A DNA stretch of 64,000 bases from Sedimentisphaerales bacterium (GTDB taxonomy: Bacteria > Planctomycetota > Phycisphaerae > Sedimentisphaerales > Anaerobacaceae). The notes beneath the pieces were generated by a model. It made no database searches, was not told where the DNA came from, and saw only the letters and a list, made by a program, of their open reading frames with translations. The stretch spans positions 6,336,001 to 6,400,000 of the forward strand of contig OY970194.1 in the NCBI GenBank assembly GCA_963708075.1. Direction: 5' to 3'. Each line of letters begins with the position of its first letter. Positions within the stretch are counted from its first letter, which is position 1. A program made the translations under genes and the position numbers. Of the stretch, positions 10,003 to 20,700 are shown piece after piece.

Positions 10003-10396
10003 CCGTCCCTTCCGTCACTCGCATGTGGGCCATGTGAATCGCGTTCACGATACACAGGAGATTCAGCAGGCCGGCCGTGCTCGTGTAGATTTGCCCGATT
10101 TCATTGGGCCTGCCGTACACCGGAAAAGTCCCCGTCGCACTGAGGCGGCCGAGGAGGAAAACGACAGGGGAGTTCATGATCTGTGCGACGTACCAGGGCT
10201 TGGCGCCCACGGGATCGATGACGCCGATCGACCCGACGTACAAGCCGACCAGAAATGTCAGGATAATGGTCGCGCCGATGACGGCCGCCCGCCTGCGATC
10301 GTTCAACATGAGATGCCCCGCCCCCGGCATGAGCCACGCCAGCAGCCCGATGGTGACGAGATACAAGGCGTGATTGTCCTTCCACGACTGGGCCAT
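9995..10396 (-). CDS. Membrane protein, DUF6677-like
   Basis: MAQSWKDN..LAWLMPGAGH..GQIYTSTAGLLNLLCIVNA; TAATG overlap with the upstream gene. Confidence 0.6.
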   Translation of the reverse strand: MAQSWKDNHALYLVTIGLLAWLMPGAGHLMLNDRRRAAVIGATIILTFLVGLYVGSIGVIDPVGAKPWYVAQIMNSPVVFLLGRLSATGTFPVYGRPNEIGQIYTSTAGLLNLLCIVNAIHMAHMRVTEGTDD

Positions 10397-12636
10397 TATG
10401 CTGCATCCTTGGATTTCTGTTCGGCCGTATCCGCTTCCTGCGCCGGCTCTTCCGCCGGCCGGGCGGGCCTGTAGTTCAAACGCTTCAGGATGTTTGCGGG
10501 ATTGAAGTGCACAACCGCCAGGTTCTGTGTCTGGATGAAATCCTCCTGCTGCAGAAGCATGCCCTTCATACTGTCGTACTGCTGCTGATCGAGCCATTTG
10601 ACCGAGACGCTCTTGACCGCGTAGAAGCTCTGGCTGGGCTTGAACTCCAGGATCTGAGGCAGGTTCGCCGCCGAGTCCGCGTTGGCCGGTACGAGTGAGT
10701 AGAACCGGTCGATAAGCTGTTTCTCCGTCTGGGTCTGGTTGGCGATCATCGCCGCCGCCGGATTGCCGAGGGTCTGGGTGGCGACCACTTGCAGTTGGGC
10801 GTTGGAGATCCTCTGCAGGCCGTTCAGGTTGTCGAGCTTGAACACGTTCGGATCGTTCGGGTCCTTCTTGGCTTGCTTGCCGTAGAGATCGTTGAACTTG
10901 GTGATGGCGGGGTTCCAGCCCTCTGTCTTCGCCAGGGCGACGAATTCCTCGGCCCTGCTCTTGGTGGTATCCCACGCCGTCAGCCTCTGCACGTCTTCGG
11001 TCACCTTTTCGCGGACGGAATAGACATCGTCCTTCTTCGCGGAGGCATCCCCCAGATCGATCGTCCGGGTAGTGAAGATGACATTGAGGTTTTCCGGCTC
11101 CGCGGTCTTGCTGACGCCGGTGATCTTCACGACCATCATGATTTGCCCGGACAGGTCGGGGCTCATCGTCACCATGGGATCGCTGGCGGGCCCTATCGTC
11201 GTGTGCATCCTGGGCGCCTGAGCGAACATGAGAATGGCCGCGTTCTCTCCGAGGTCCTTGACGGAGAAGAGGAGCTGGCTCAGGCGAAGCGAGCTGGTGG
11301 CTCCCTGGCTCGATACGACCAGCCTGCCGAGGTACTTGTCCATCTGCATGTCCACCGCGTTCAGCCAGCCGGTCTGGCCGTTGAACATGGGGATGCTATA
11401 CTTGACGGTGAGCTCCTTAGTAATCCCGTCGTACTGGCCGGCCTTGTCCTTCAACTGTTCGACGCTCGGTTCCTTGCCTTCCACCGTGAGTTCCGCCAGT
11501 TTGGCGTCGGCTGTGGTCCGGACTTCCTCGAGGATCTGCGTCGCCTTGGTGATAATCCTCTCCTTGCGAAGCTGCTCCATGATCGTCTCGGCGACCTCCG
11601 CATAGCTGGTCACCTGCTGAGTCTTCGGCGAATTCGGATCGTTCGGATCGGAGGGCACCTCCCGGGTGTAAAGGCGCTGGCGATTCTGGCGATAGTGTAC
11701 CTCCGCCTCTTCCTGAGTAGGCGCCGGCACAATTCCGGCCACGTCCTGAAGCTTCAGGGCGACATACTCGAGTTGAAGGCGGTCCGGCAGCTTGTATCCG
11801 AAACCGAATGGATTATCCTGCGTTACCGCTCCGGGGAAACTGCCCTTGTACTTGTCGAACTGGGCCTGCAGTACATCGTCGGCGGGTTGATTCTGCTTAT
11901 CGACAAAGGTCTGGGCCGGCAGTTGAACGATTTCCGCGTCCAGGGTGCTGCCGCTGCGGCTGGCCATATGCGTCAACTGCGGGATCGTCACATCTTCAAC
12001 GGAGCAGATGGTCTGGGCGTACTGCAGCACGGCGAGCAGCTTGCCGAATACCTCCAGGATGTCCTCTTCCGAGACTCGGAACCGGTTGACCAAACCATTC
12101 ATTACAGTCTGATAGTTTTGGCCCTTGAAAAGCTGAGGGATGAGACGGCGGCCGAGCAGGTCACCCACGTCCGTCGTCGGTATCCGGATTCCTGCAGACT
12201 CTGCCTCTTGGGTCAGAAGGATCCAGTACACGGCGGGCAACGCCGTGCGATCGTACATCTCGCCCAGTTGTTTGTCGCTGATGAGGAACTGGTTCCTGCG
12301 AATCATCTGCATGACCTGGTTCATCAGGGCCGGCGAGTTCCGGCTCTGCGAAAACAGCAGCTCGCCCAGCAGAATCCCCCGAAGGTCCTGCTGTTGCAGC
12401 ACGGCATCGGCCTGCAACGCCTGCAGGATCTCGATCTCCGCATTGGCCTCGCCCACCATCATGTGCGTGATTCTTGCCTTCTTGCCGTAGAAGGCGTACG
12501 TGTTCTTGATGCCGCCGCTGGGTTGAAGAAGGTATTCCAGTGCCGAGCCGCCGACAAAGGCGAACATCAGCACGATGACGACCACCGCCATGATCTTCTT
12601 ATTGTTCCTTCTCAGCCACTTGATAGGATGACTCAT
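10396..12636 (-). CDS. Large membrane-anchored periplasmic protein, SurA-N/PpiD-like chaperone
   Basis: IKWLRRNNKKIMAVVVIVLMFAF N-terminal anchor, helical body, YKLPDRLQLEYV motif reminiscent of PpiD. Confidence 0.6.
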   Translation of the reverse strand: MSHPIKWLRRNNKKIMAVVVIVLMFAFVGGSALEYLLQPSGGIKNTYAFYGKKARITHMMVGEANAEIEILQALQADAVLQQQDLRGILLGELLFSQSRNSPALMNQVMQMIRRNQFLISDKQLGEMYDRTALPAVYWILLTQEAESAGIRIPTTDVGDLLGRRLIPQLFKGQNYQTVMNGLVNRFRVSEEDILEVFGKLLAVLQYAQTICSVEDVTIPQLTHMASRSGSTLDAEIVQLPAQTFVDKQNQPADDVLQAQFDKYKGSFPGAVTQDNPFGFGYKLPDRLQLEYVALKLQDVAGIVPAPTQEEAEVHYRQNRQRLYTREVPSDPNDPNSPKTQQVTSYAEVAETIMEQLRKERIITKATQILEEVRTTADAKLAELTVEGKEPSVEQLKDKAGQYDGITKELTVKYSIPMFNGQTGWLNAVDMQMDKYLGRLVVSSQGATSSLRLSQLLFSVKDLGENAAILMFAQAPRMHTTIGPASDPMVTMSPDLSGQIMMVVKITGVSKTAEPENLNVIFTTRTIDLGDASAKKDDVYSVREKVTEDVQRLTAWDTTKSRAEEFVALAKTEGWNPAITKFNDLYGKQAKKDPNDPNVFKLDNLNGLQRISNAQLQVVATQTLGNPAAAMIANQTQTEKQLIDRFYSLVPANADSAANLPQILEFKPSQSFYAVKSVSVKWLDQQQYDSMKGMLLQQEDFIQTQNLAVVHFNPANILKRLNYRPARPAEEPAQEADTAEQKSKDAA

Positions 12637-12839
12637 TGCTCTGCTCCAGGTTGTAACGACGCCTGTTATCCTCTGAAACACAAAGGGCTTAACATTACTG
12701 TAAGGCCCCGCGGTTTGCAAGAAAAACGTTGAATTTACTGCCCATGATTTGCAATTGACAATCCCGGGCGAATCGTTGATATGTACCCTTTACGATCCGG
12801 CATCTATGGCTGTTTGCCGGGAAACCCAACAGTCCCTCA

Positions 12840-12874
12840 TAAATGGTAAATCGTAAATGGTAAATCGTAAATCC
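12840..12874 (+). repeat. Heptamer tandem repeat (TAAATGG/TAAATCG) x5 overlapping the hemL start
   Basis: taaatgg taaatcg taaatgg taaatcg taaatcc. Confidence 0.85.
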
Positions 12875-14155
12875 CAAGAGGCCTTTGCACAGGCCTGTCG
12901 GTATATCCCGGGCGGCGTCAACTCGCCGGTCCGTGCGTTCGGCGGTGTGGACCTCAAGCCCCTGTTCATCGCCTCGGCCAAAGGGTCCAGGATCTTCGAC
13001 ATCGACGGCAACGAGTACATTGACTACGTCGGCTCGTGGGGCCCGATGATCCTGGGCCATGCCCACCCGGCGGTGGTTGCCGCGATTCGAAAGGCGGCCG
13101 AGAAGGGGGCCTCCTTCGGCGCCCCGACCCTTGCGGAGACGGAATTAGCTACCCGCATTGTCGGCGCGTTCGGCTCGATCGAGAAGGTGCGGCTGCTGAG
13201 CAGCGGGACCGAGGCGGTGATGACCGCCATCCGGCTGGCCCGCGCCCATACCGGCCGGGACCTGATCGTCAAAATGGCCGGTTGTTACCACGGGCACAGT
13301 GATTCGCTGCTGGCCCTGGCCGGCTCCGGTCTGGCCGAGCGTGGCGTCGCCGCCAGTCCCGGCGTGCCGGATGCCTTGGCCAATCTCACGGTCGTGCTGC
13401 CCTATAACGATATCGAGGCGATCAGGCAGGCCTTCGCCAAGCACCGGGACAGGATTGCCGCTGTGCTGATCGAGCCCGTGGCTGCCAACATGGGGCTTGT
13501 CCTGCCCTTGCCGGACTATCTGGAAACGATTCGCAGCTTGTGCGACGAGCACGGCGCTGTGTTGATCTTTGACGAGGTGATCTCAGGGTTCCGCGTGGCG
13601 TACGGCGGGGCCCAGGAACGCTACGCCATCAAGGCAGACCTCACCTGCCTGGGCAAGATTGTGGGCGGCGGGCTGCCCCTGGCCGCATGTGGAGGTAAAG
13701 CCGAGATCCTGGATTTGCTGGCGCCGGTCGGTCGGGTGTACCAGGCCGGCACGTTGAGCGGCAATCCTATCGCGACGGCCGCCGCGATTGCCACACTGGA
13801 TATCCTTGCGGAAGGGCGGTGCTATCGCGAGCTGGAATCCGCCGCGGCCAACCTGGAGGCTGGACTGGCCCGGGCCGCCTCCGAGGCCGGCGTGCCCATC
13901 ACGATCAACCGAATCGGCTCCCTTTTGAGCTGCTTCTTCACGGATAAGGCCGTGCGGAACTTCGACGATGTCCGGGCGACCGACATCGCCGCTTTCAAGA
14001 AGTTCTTTGCCGAGATGCTCCAGCGGGGCATCTACCTTGCCCCGAGCGCCTACGAGGCCATGTTCCTTTCCCTCGCCCACACGAAGGACGATATCGAGCG
14101 GACCATTGAGGCCGCCGGCGAGAGCTTTCGGGCGGTTGCAGGAATGAAAGAGTAG
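12857..14155 (+). CDS. hemL: Glutamate-1-semialdehyde 2,1-aminomutase
   Basis: PGGVNSPVRAF, YVGSWGPMILGH, SGTEAVMTAIRLAR, FDEVISGFR, LGKIVGGGLP, YQAGTLSGNP. Confidence 0.97.
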   Translation: MVNRKSQEAFAQACRYIPGGVNSPVRAFGGVDLKPLFIASAKGSRIFDIDGNEYIDYVGSWGPMILGHAHPAVVAAIRKAAEKGASFGAPTLAETELATRIVGAFGSIEKVRLLSSGTEAVMTAIRLARAHTGRDLIVKMAGCYHGHSDSLLALAGSGLAERGVAASPGVPDALANLTVVLPYNDIEAIRQAFAKHRDRIAAVLIEPVAANMGLVLPLPDYLETIRSLCDEHGAVLIFDEVISGFRVAYGGAQERYAIKADLTCLGKIVGGGLPLAACGGKAEILDLLAPVGRVYQAGTLSGNPIATAAAIATLDILAEGRCYRELESAAANLEAGLARAASEAGVPITINRIGSLLSCFFTDKAVRNFDDVRATDIAAFKKFFAEMLQRGIYLAPSAYEAMFLSLAHTKDDIERTIEAAGESFRAVAGMKE

Positions 14156-14188
14156 GACCTATAGGACTTATGGGACTGATAGGACCTA
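14153..14188. repeat. Palindromic 9-mer tandem repeat (TAGGACCTA) x4
   Basis: taggaccta taggactta tgggactga taggaccta. Confidence 0.8.
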
Positions 14189-15285
14189 TAATCACGATCT
14201 TTTCCATTGTGTTGCTGAGCGTTGCTCAGTTGACCGGCGCAAAGGAACTGCCGGATGTCGTGGGCGTCACGCACGTGGCCGGGCGATACTACCTCACCGA
14301 GAAGGACTTCCTCAACGAGGGCGCTGATCAGATTCTGGCCCTGGGCTCGCGGGTCATCAAGGTCTGGTTCTACGGCAAGCGCCACGAGCATCCGATGGCT
14401 GCGTACTCCTACAACTCGCAGTGGCCCAACGTCGATTCGCTCGTCGAGGGCGCACAGATCCCGTACTTCAGGCAATTGTTCGGTAAGCCGTTCACCACGT
14501 ACATCATGGTCGTCACTTCGCTGGGCCGCGACGATGGCTATTGGCGCAACGGCATCAGCGAGGAGCAGAAGCGGGATGAGCAGCGACAATTCTACGAGCT
14601 CGCCAAGCATCTGCTGACGGAGTACAAGGGCACGGGCAAGACCTTCGTGCTCCAGCACTGGGAAGGCGACTGGATGGCTCGCGGCAATTTCGACGCCAAG
14701 GTCGAGCCGACGCCGCTGGCGCTCCAGAGCATGATCGAATGGCTCAACGCCCGCCAGGCGGGAGTCAACCAGGCCCGGCAGGAGGTGGGGGAACAGGGTG
14801 TCCACGTGTACCATGCGACCGAGGTCAACCTCGTGGTTCAGTCGATGCGGAATGGCGTCGCCGGCGTGGTCAACAAGGTCCTGCCGCACACACAGTTGGA
14901 TCTGGTCTCTTACTCGGCGTGGGACTCGGCCACCTCGCACTACAGCGATCCAAACGTCCTGCGGGACGCCCTGGATTTCATCGCGGCCAATGCCCCCGAC
15001 AGTCCCGCCTTCGGCAATCGCAACGTCTATCTGGGCGAATACGGGATGCCGGAGAACAACTACTCGCTCGCACAGATCCAGACGGCCATACCGAACGCCG
15101 TGCAGACCAGCCTCAAGTGGGGCTGTCCCTATATCGTCTATTGGCAGCTCTACTGCAACGAGCTGAAAGACCCCAGCATCAAGCCGCCGGTGAAGACCAA
15201 CGACGCCGTCCGAGGCTTCTGGCTCATCCGTCCCGACGGCACGAAGTCCTGGGTCTGGGACTACTTCCACGATCTGCTCGACTAA
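14170..15285 (+). CDS. Secreted hypothetical protein, possible clan GH-A TIM-barrel glycoside hydrolase
   Basis: Signal-peptide-like N-terminus; QHWEGDW, DLVSYSAWD, YLGEYG and YIVYWQLY placed like GH-A catalytic strands. Confidence 0.5.
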   Translation: MGLIGPIITIFSIVLLSVAQLTGAKELPDVVGVTHVAGRYYLTEKDFLNEGADQILALGSRVIKVWFYGKRHEHPMAAYSYNSQWPNVDSLVEGAQIPYFRQLFGKPFTTYIMVVTSLGRDDGYWRNGISEEQKRDEQRQFYELAKHLLTEYKGTGKTFVLQHWEGDWMARGNFDAKVEPTPLALQSMIEWLNARQAGVNQARQEVGEQGVHVYHATEVNLVVQSMRNGVAGVVNKVLPHTQLDLVSYSAWDSATSHYSDPNVLRDALDFIAANAPDSPAFGNRNVYLGEYGMPENNYSLAQIQTAIPNAVQTSLKWGCPYIVYWQLYCNELKDPSIKPPVKTNDAVRGFWLIRPDGTKSWVWDYFHDLLD

Positions 15286-17432
15286 TCGTCGAGTATGAAG
15301 TCCCAGATAAAGCCTCGGCTGATGCTGCCATCCTCGTTGACCTCGTCGATTCGCCAGAAGTGCGTCACGACCAACTCGGGCGGTGGTTCGGGCATGTAGC
15401 TTGTGTCGCTCAGGCGGCCGCGATAGATCCCCGTCGTATCCGAGACAGTCGCCTCGCTGACGGCGGCACGGTCGTCGCTCAGGTAGATGTCATGTGCGAT
15501 CGCCTTGTCGCCCGCCTGCCATGTCATCGGCAAAGCCTTGGACACGTCCATCCTGGCGCCACTCCCGGGCCATGGGTCCCATGCGAGCCACGGATCGGTG
15601 CGCATGGCGGCCTGGACTTGTGCTTCAGTCAGGGCCTTGTTGTAGATGCGAATCTCATCGATCAAACCATCCCAGGAGAAGCCGGAGAGATCCTTGCTGG
15701 CCCTGCCGACAATCATCGTGGAGTAACCCGCCAACCGTCCTGCGGCAGCACCGCTGGTGAAGGTGGGAGAATCGAGTTCCCCGTTGATGTAGAGCTGCAG
15801 AGCCTGCCCGCTGGCCCAGACCAGCGCCAGGTGCTGCCAATCTGTAGTCTGGCTGTCGTTCGAGCTTTCCAGTTGGAGGGTGGTGTCTGCACCGTCGGCG
15901 GAGATAGTGACGCCCACCTTGATTACGTTCACGCCGCCTCCGGTTATGCCTGCCGCATCATATCGCATATCCCTGTCGTCGTTGCCTATGGGCGGCTCGA
16001 AAATGAGGAAACCCTTGTCGGTATCCGTCACCTTTGACTTGACCCAGGCCGTGATTGTCAATGCGTCGAGTCCGTTAAGGAACGAGCCATCCTCGTACAC
16101 GGCACTTTCCCCGTTACCCGCAAACAGCAGGGCGCCGCCAAAGAACCCTGTGGCCCACGCTGGAGCGGGATCGGCGAACCGCGCATGGCGGCGGTGGCCG
16201 GACCAGTCCGCGGATTTGGCGCCCAGGCCTTCGTCCATCTTCCACCAGCCGAGCAGATTCGGATCCGTGATAGGGATGCTCCGAACCGTGCTGAAGGACC
16301 ACACCGGGCCGGCTTGCCTGGTGTCGTCAGCGGCGACCTCATCGACGCGCCAGAAGTAGGTCACGTCCATCTCAAGGGCCGGCGGCTTCCATGATGTATG
16401 GTGGGTGGTCTCCTGAAGGACACTCGCGGCGCCGCTTTCGACAGCGGCCTTGTCCGTGCCGAAGTACAGATCGTGCATGACGGTGTCCATGCCGGCCTTC
16501 CAGCTCAGCGTCGTGTCCAGGTCCATCCATGGAGTCCCGTCCGCCGGGACAGGATCGTAGGCGGTGAGGGACATGGCCTCGAAGGTCCATACGTCGCCCG
16601 TGTGGACCGTCGTCATATCCGCCTCGATCTCGTCCACACGCCAGTAGTATGTGACGCCGGGAGCCAAGTCCGGGCCGTATTGAAAAGAAGAGACCGACAG
16701 GCTTGGACCGACGAGATCGGCCTGGCCGAGTTCGGGACCCGTGCCTACGTACAGATTGTGCAAGGCCGCGCCAATTCCCGGAGTCCATTGCAGCAGGGGG
16801 GGAGCCACCACCGGAGCGCCATCGGCGGGCACGGGGTTCGTCGCCGTGGCGACCAATTTGGCCGCTACTCCATACATGTTCCTGTCGTAAGGGTTGCCGC
16901 CGGACCAATCGTTTTGAGCCTTCAGAACGATCACGCGGGGCATCACCTGCAACGAGAACACGGCGTAGTAGTTGTCGACGGTCCCATTGGCGTTTTCATC
17001 GATCGCCAACTTCATGCCCGTATCCACAAAGCCGAGCTCGGCGACCCAGTTCATTCCGGCGGCCGCGGGATTTGCGGTGGCTGTTGGCCCGCGGATACCG
17101 GTGCCAACGCGGACATCGATGTACAGGTACAGCGTCCCGGCTTGACCGATAGTGATGTGCAATTCGTGGTTGGGATTGTATTTATCCTCGTTGGACGTCA
17201 GGACGTACTGGGCGCCGATCATGGTCTTCGGTACGTTCTTCATTACATGGACTCGGTCTGCATAGAGCCTGGCGCCCTCCGCCAGCGGCTGCGGGGAGAG
17301 CCGCACCTGGGCCGCACTGCTGGCGGAATTGGGGTTACGGCGACTGACGTTGGTGATGACTTGCGCATTCGCCGGGAGCACAGCGGCCGCCGCGACCAGC
17401 ACGACAAACAGGGTGATGAGTCCTCTACTCAT
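15282..17432 (-). CDS. Secreted LamG-like jelly-roll protein with three Ig/FN3-like (YYWRVDE) repeats
   Basis: Signal peptide; three A-x-(N/D)P-x-P...L-x-W...H-x-(L/I)Y...Y(Y/F)WR(V/I)DE repeats; LamG WWKMDEG...WQHLALVW...GLIDEIRIYNKALT. Confidence 0.85.
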   Translation of the reverse strand: MSRGLITLFVVLVAAAAVLPANAQVITNVSRRNPNSASSAAQVRLSPQPLAEGARLYADRVHVMKNVPKTMIGAQYVLTSNEDKYNPNHELHITIGQAGTLYLYIDVRVGTGIRGPTATANPAAAGMNWVAELGFVDTGMKLAIDENANGTVDNYYAVFSLQVMPRVIVLKAQNDWSGGNPYDRNMYGVAAKLVATATNPVPADGAPVVAPPLLQWTPGIGAALHNLYVGTGPELGQADLVGPSLSVSSFQYGPDLAPGVTYYWRVDEIEADMTTVHTGDVWTFEAMSLTAYDPVPADGTPWMDLDTTLSWKAGMDTVMHDLYFGTDKAAVESGAASVLQETTHHTSWKPPALEMDVTYFWRVDEVAADDTRQAGPVWSFSTVRSIPITDPNLLGWWKMDEGLGAKSADWSGHRRHARFADPAPAWATGFFGGALLFAGNGESAVYEDGSFLNGLDALTITAWVKSKVTDTDKGFLIFEPPIGNDDRDMRYDAAGITGGGVNVIKVGVTISADGADTTLQLESSNDSQTTDWQHLALVWASGQALQLYINGELDSPTFTSGAAAGRLAGYSTMIVGRASKDLSGFSWDGLIDEIRIYNKALTEAQVQAAMRTDPWLAWDPWPGSGARMDVSKALPMTWQAGDKAIAHDIYLSDDRAAVSEATVSDTTGIYRGRLSDTSYMPEPPPELVVTHFWRIDEVNEDGSISRGFIWDFILDD

Positions 17433-17623
17433 GGCAATCCTCCGTAGTAGCTGTGAACAAGAGTCTCTCGCCGACCTGGCACAGCAAGCGCATACATCAT
17501 GCGCTCATTCTCTCAGATGCTTATCTCGTCCTCCACATCCTCGCACCTCCTTATTCCTCTGCACGCCGGACCGTGACCCAATCGGTGCCTCTGGGCCAAA
17601 ACCCGCCGGTGCGAACAGAACCA

Positions 17624-17652
17624 AGTATAGCACACGGCGGGTCCACAGTCAA
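17624..17652 (-). promoter_or_regulatory. Sigma70-type promoter TTGACT-N17-TATACT with TG extension, upstream of the LamG gene
   Basis: Near-consensus hexamers, 17-nt spacer. Confidence 0.6.
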
Positions 17653-17701
17653 GGATGATACCGACCCGCATCCACCCCGGGTGCGACTGTGATACGGATA
17701 T

Positions 17702-20700
17702 CTATGGCAGCCGGGAGGTGAATTTGTAGGTGCCGGAGCCGACCTCAAAGACGGCGGCGTTGCCCTGCATTTCACGGAACTTGACGCCGGCTGACTTTGC
17801 CGCAGGCCTGAGGCTCTCTCGGACGGCCGCCGCATCCTTCGCGGGGATATAGACCGTCGCGACGGTATTCGTCGGGATCGTCACATTGAGCGAGAACGCG
17901 CCATCCTGCACCCTCCAATCCGTGGCAATCCTGCCCTGAATGGAGTCATAGGCGGTTTTGGCCCAGGAGACTCGTCCGCCCGGCTGGGGGTGGATGATGA
18001 TTCGCTGGTAGGCGCTGTCCTCGGTGTCGATGCCGCCGATGGTCTTGAACATCCACTCGGCGACAGCGCCGAAGGAGTAGTGGGCGAAGGAATTCATGCC
18101 GGCGTCCTGGAAGCCCTTTTCGGGGGTCCAGCCGTCCCAGCGCTCCCAGATGCTCGTCGCCCCGTGCTTGATGGAGAAGCCCCAGGAGGGGAAGCTCTCG
18201 TTGTGGAACAGGTGATAGGCCACGTTCGTCTGGCCGAAGCGAGTCAGCGTGGTCATCAGGTCCTTGGTGCCGACGAAGCCGGTGGACAGGTGCCAGTTGC
18301 GATCGCGGATGTTGGCCACGAGGTATTTCGTGGCGGTCTCTCTCTTTTCTTTGGGGAGCAGATCGAAGGCCAGCGCCAGGACGTAAACGGTCTGGGTGTC
18401 GCCCTTGATCCGGCCGTCCTCGGCGACATAGGCATCATTGAACGCCTGCCGGATGTCCTCGAACAACTGCTCGTACTTCTGAGCGTCGTCCTTCTTGCCG
18501 AGCACGGCGGCGATCTCGGCCACCAGCTTGGTGCTGCGGGCGAAGTAGGCGGTCGCCAGCACGTCCTTGGGCGTATCGGCCTGGATGCTCAGCCAGTCGC
18601 CATACCCTTCGGCCGGCCGGAGCAGGCCCTGCGAGGCGCCCTTGCAGTACTCGATCCACTTTTGCATCGCGTCGTAATGCTCAGCGAGCACGCGGGTATC
18701 GCCGTAGACTTTGTAGATTGTCCACGGGCAGATGACGCCGGCGTCGCCCCAGGCGGCAGTGCCCCCGCCAACCGCGACCTTTCGTGGCGAGACATCGGAG
18801 AATGCGCCGTTTTCAAGCTGTGCGTCCTCTACGTCCACGAGCCACTTTGTGAAGAACGCGGATACGTCGGTGTTGTAGGTGGCGGTGCGGACGTAGATCT
18901 GGGCGTCGCCCATCCAGCCAAGCCGCTCATCGCGCTGCGGGCAGTCCGTCGGGATGTCGATAAAGTTCGCCCGCTGCGTCTGGCAGATGTTGCGATACAG
19001 CGTGTTCGCCAGCGTGTCGGAGCACTCAAAGCTGCCGGTCACGGGCGTGGCCGACGTCAATTCCACACCAAGGATTGAATCGAGATCGGGCTTGCCCGGA
19101 TAGCCGGTGATCTCCACGTACTGGAATCCATGGAACGTGAATCGGGGCTGCCAGATTTCGGCGCCCTTGCCCTTGCAGATGTACGTATCGGTGGCCCGCG
19201 CGCTGCGCAGGTTGGTCGTGTAGATGGTGCCGTCGGTGTTCAGCCGCTCGGCAAAACGCAGCACGATCTTCTGGTCCGGCTTGGCATTGGCGACCTTCAG
19301 GCGAACGAAGCCTGCGAAGTTGGTCCCCATGTCATAGACAAACGCGCCCGGCTCCGGCTCCTTGATGCTTAGCGGCCTGATCTGCCGGAACTGGCGCACG
19401 AGCACGCTGGGATAGGCCTCGATCGCGGCGGGGGTAGCCTCCACGACTTTGACCGGCTTCCATTGGCCGGCGTCGAAGTCTGCCGTGCTCCAGCCGGGCA
19501 TCTCCCGGCGGGCGTCGTACGTCTCGCCCATCAGGAAGTCGCCCTCGAGGATCGGTCCTGTGGCGGCGGTCCAGGTCTTGTCCGTGACGACGATCTCGGA
19601 CGTGCCGTCGGTGTACTCGACGTGCAGTTGGGCCATGAACCGCGGGTCTTTGCCGTAGTGGTCGCGAATGTGCATCCATCCGATGTGGCCGCTGTACCAG
19701 CCGTCGGCCAGGATGCCGCCAACCACGTTGAAGCCCCTGCGGAGCAGGCCGGTGACATCGAACGTGTTGTAATAGACCCGGACGTTGTAGTCGGTCCAGC
19801 CGGGCGTGAAGTAGGCGTCGCCCACCTGCCGGCCGTTGATGTGCAGCTCGTAATTGCCGAGGGCGGAGGCGTAAATCGTCGCCCGCTTGATCGGCTTCTC
19901 CAGGCTGAATTGCTTTCGCAGGTATTGTGCGGGCGGCAGGAACAAGTCGCCCGAAACAACATTCAACTCGCCCCAGGGCGCGGCGCCGTAAGCGCCGACG
20001 ACCTGCGCGCTGCGCCAGTTGCGAGCGTCGAAATCGACGTTCATCCAATCGGCCCCGGCAGACTCCGAAGCACGCCAGGTGGTGTCGGACACGAGGGTCG
20101 CGGATCCACCGTCGGTGAACTGAAGCCTCAGGATTGCCAGGACGCCCGCGGGGTTCGGGGCATCGCCCTCATTCCTTGCCTCGATCGCCACCACGTTCTT
20201 TCCCGGCAGCATGTGCTCCTTGACGTCGCCTGTCACGAGCTGTTTGAAGTTGTTTCCGTTGCGGATTCTGCGGCCGTTCAGAAACATTCTGAAGCTGTTG
20301 TCGGCCGTGACGGCGCAGTTGGCGGACAGGAGCTCGCGGGTCTGTGGAATGACGAATTCGTTGCGGAAGTACCGCGTGCCGATGGGGGCGCCCGCGGCGG
20401 CATTGCCCTCGCCGTACCAGATCCACTTCGCCTTGGACAGATCGAGTTTCTGGACCCCTTCAGGGCGCCGGCGGGAGGCGTCGAAGGCGATCCACCGGGC
20501 CCTCCAGTCGTCCGGACTGAGCAATCCCATCGTCCAGTAGGCCGGCTTGCTCCAAGGCGAAGGTTGGCCGTCTTCATCCCAGACGCGGACCTTCCAGTAG
20601 CACCGCATCTGTGATATCAGCGGAGCGCCGTCGTAGGCGATCTGGATCGACCCGTTCGACATGACCTTGCCGCTGTCCCAGAGATCGCCGGTGTCCCTCG

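Noticed and set aside
10789..12732. Long antisense ORFs (e.g. 10789..12732, 37428..39359, 42872..44620, 49988..51592)
   Set aside because: They are shadows of real genes in high-GC DNA and contain no recognisable motifs.
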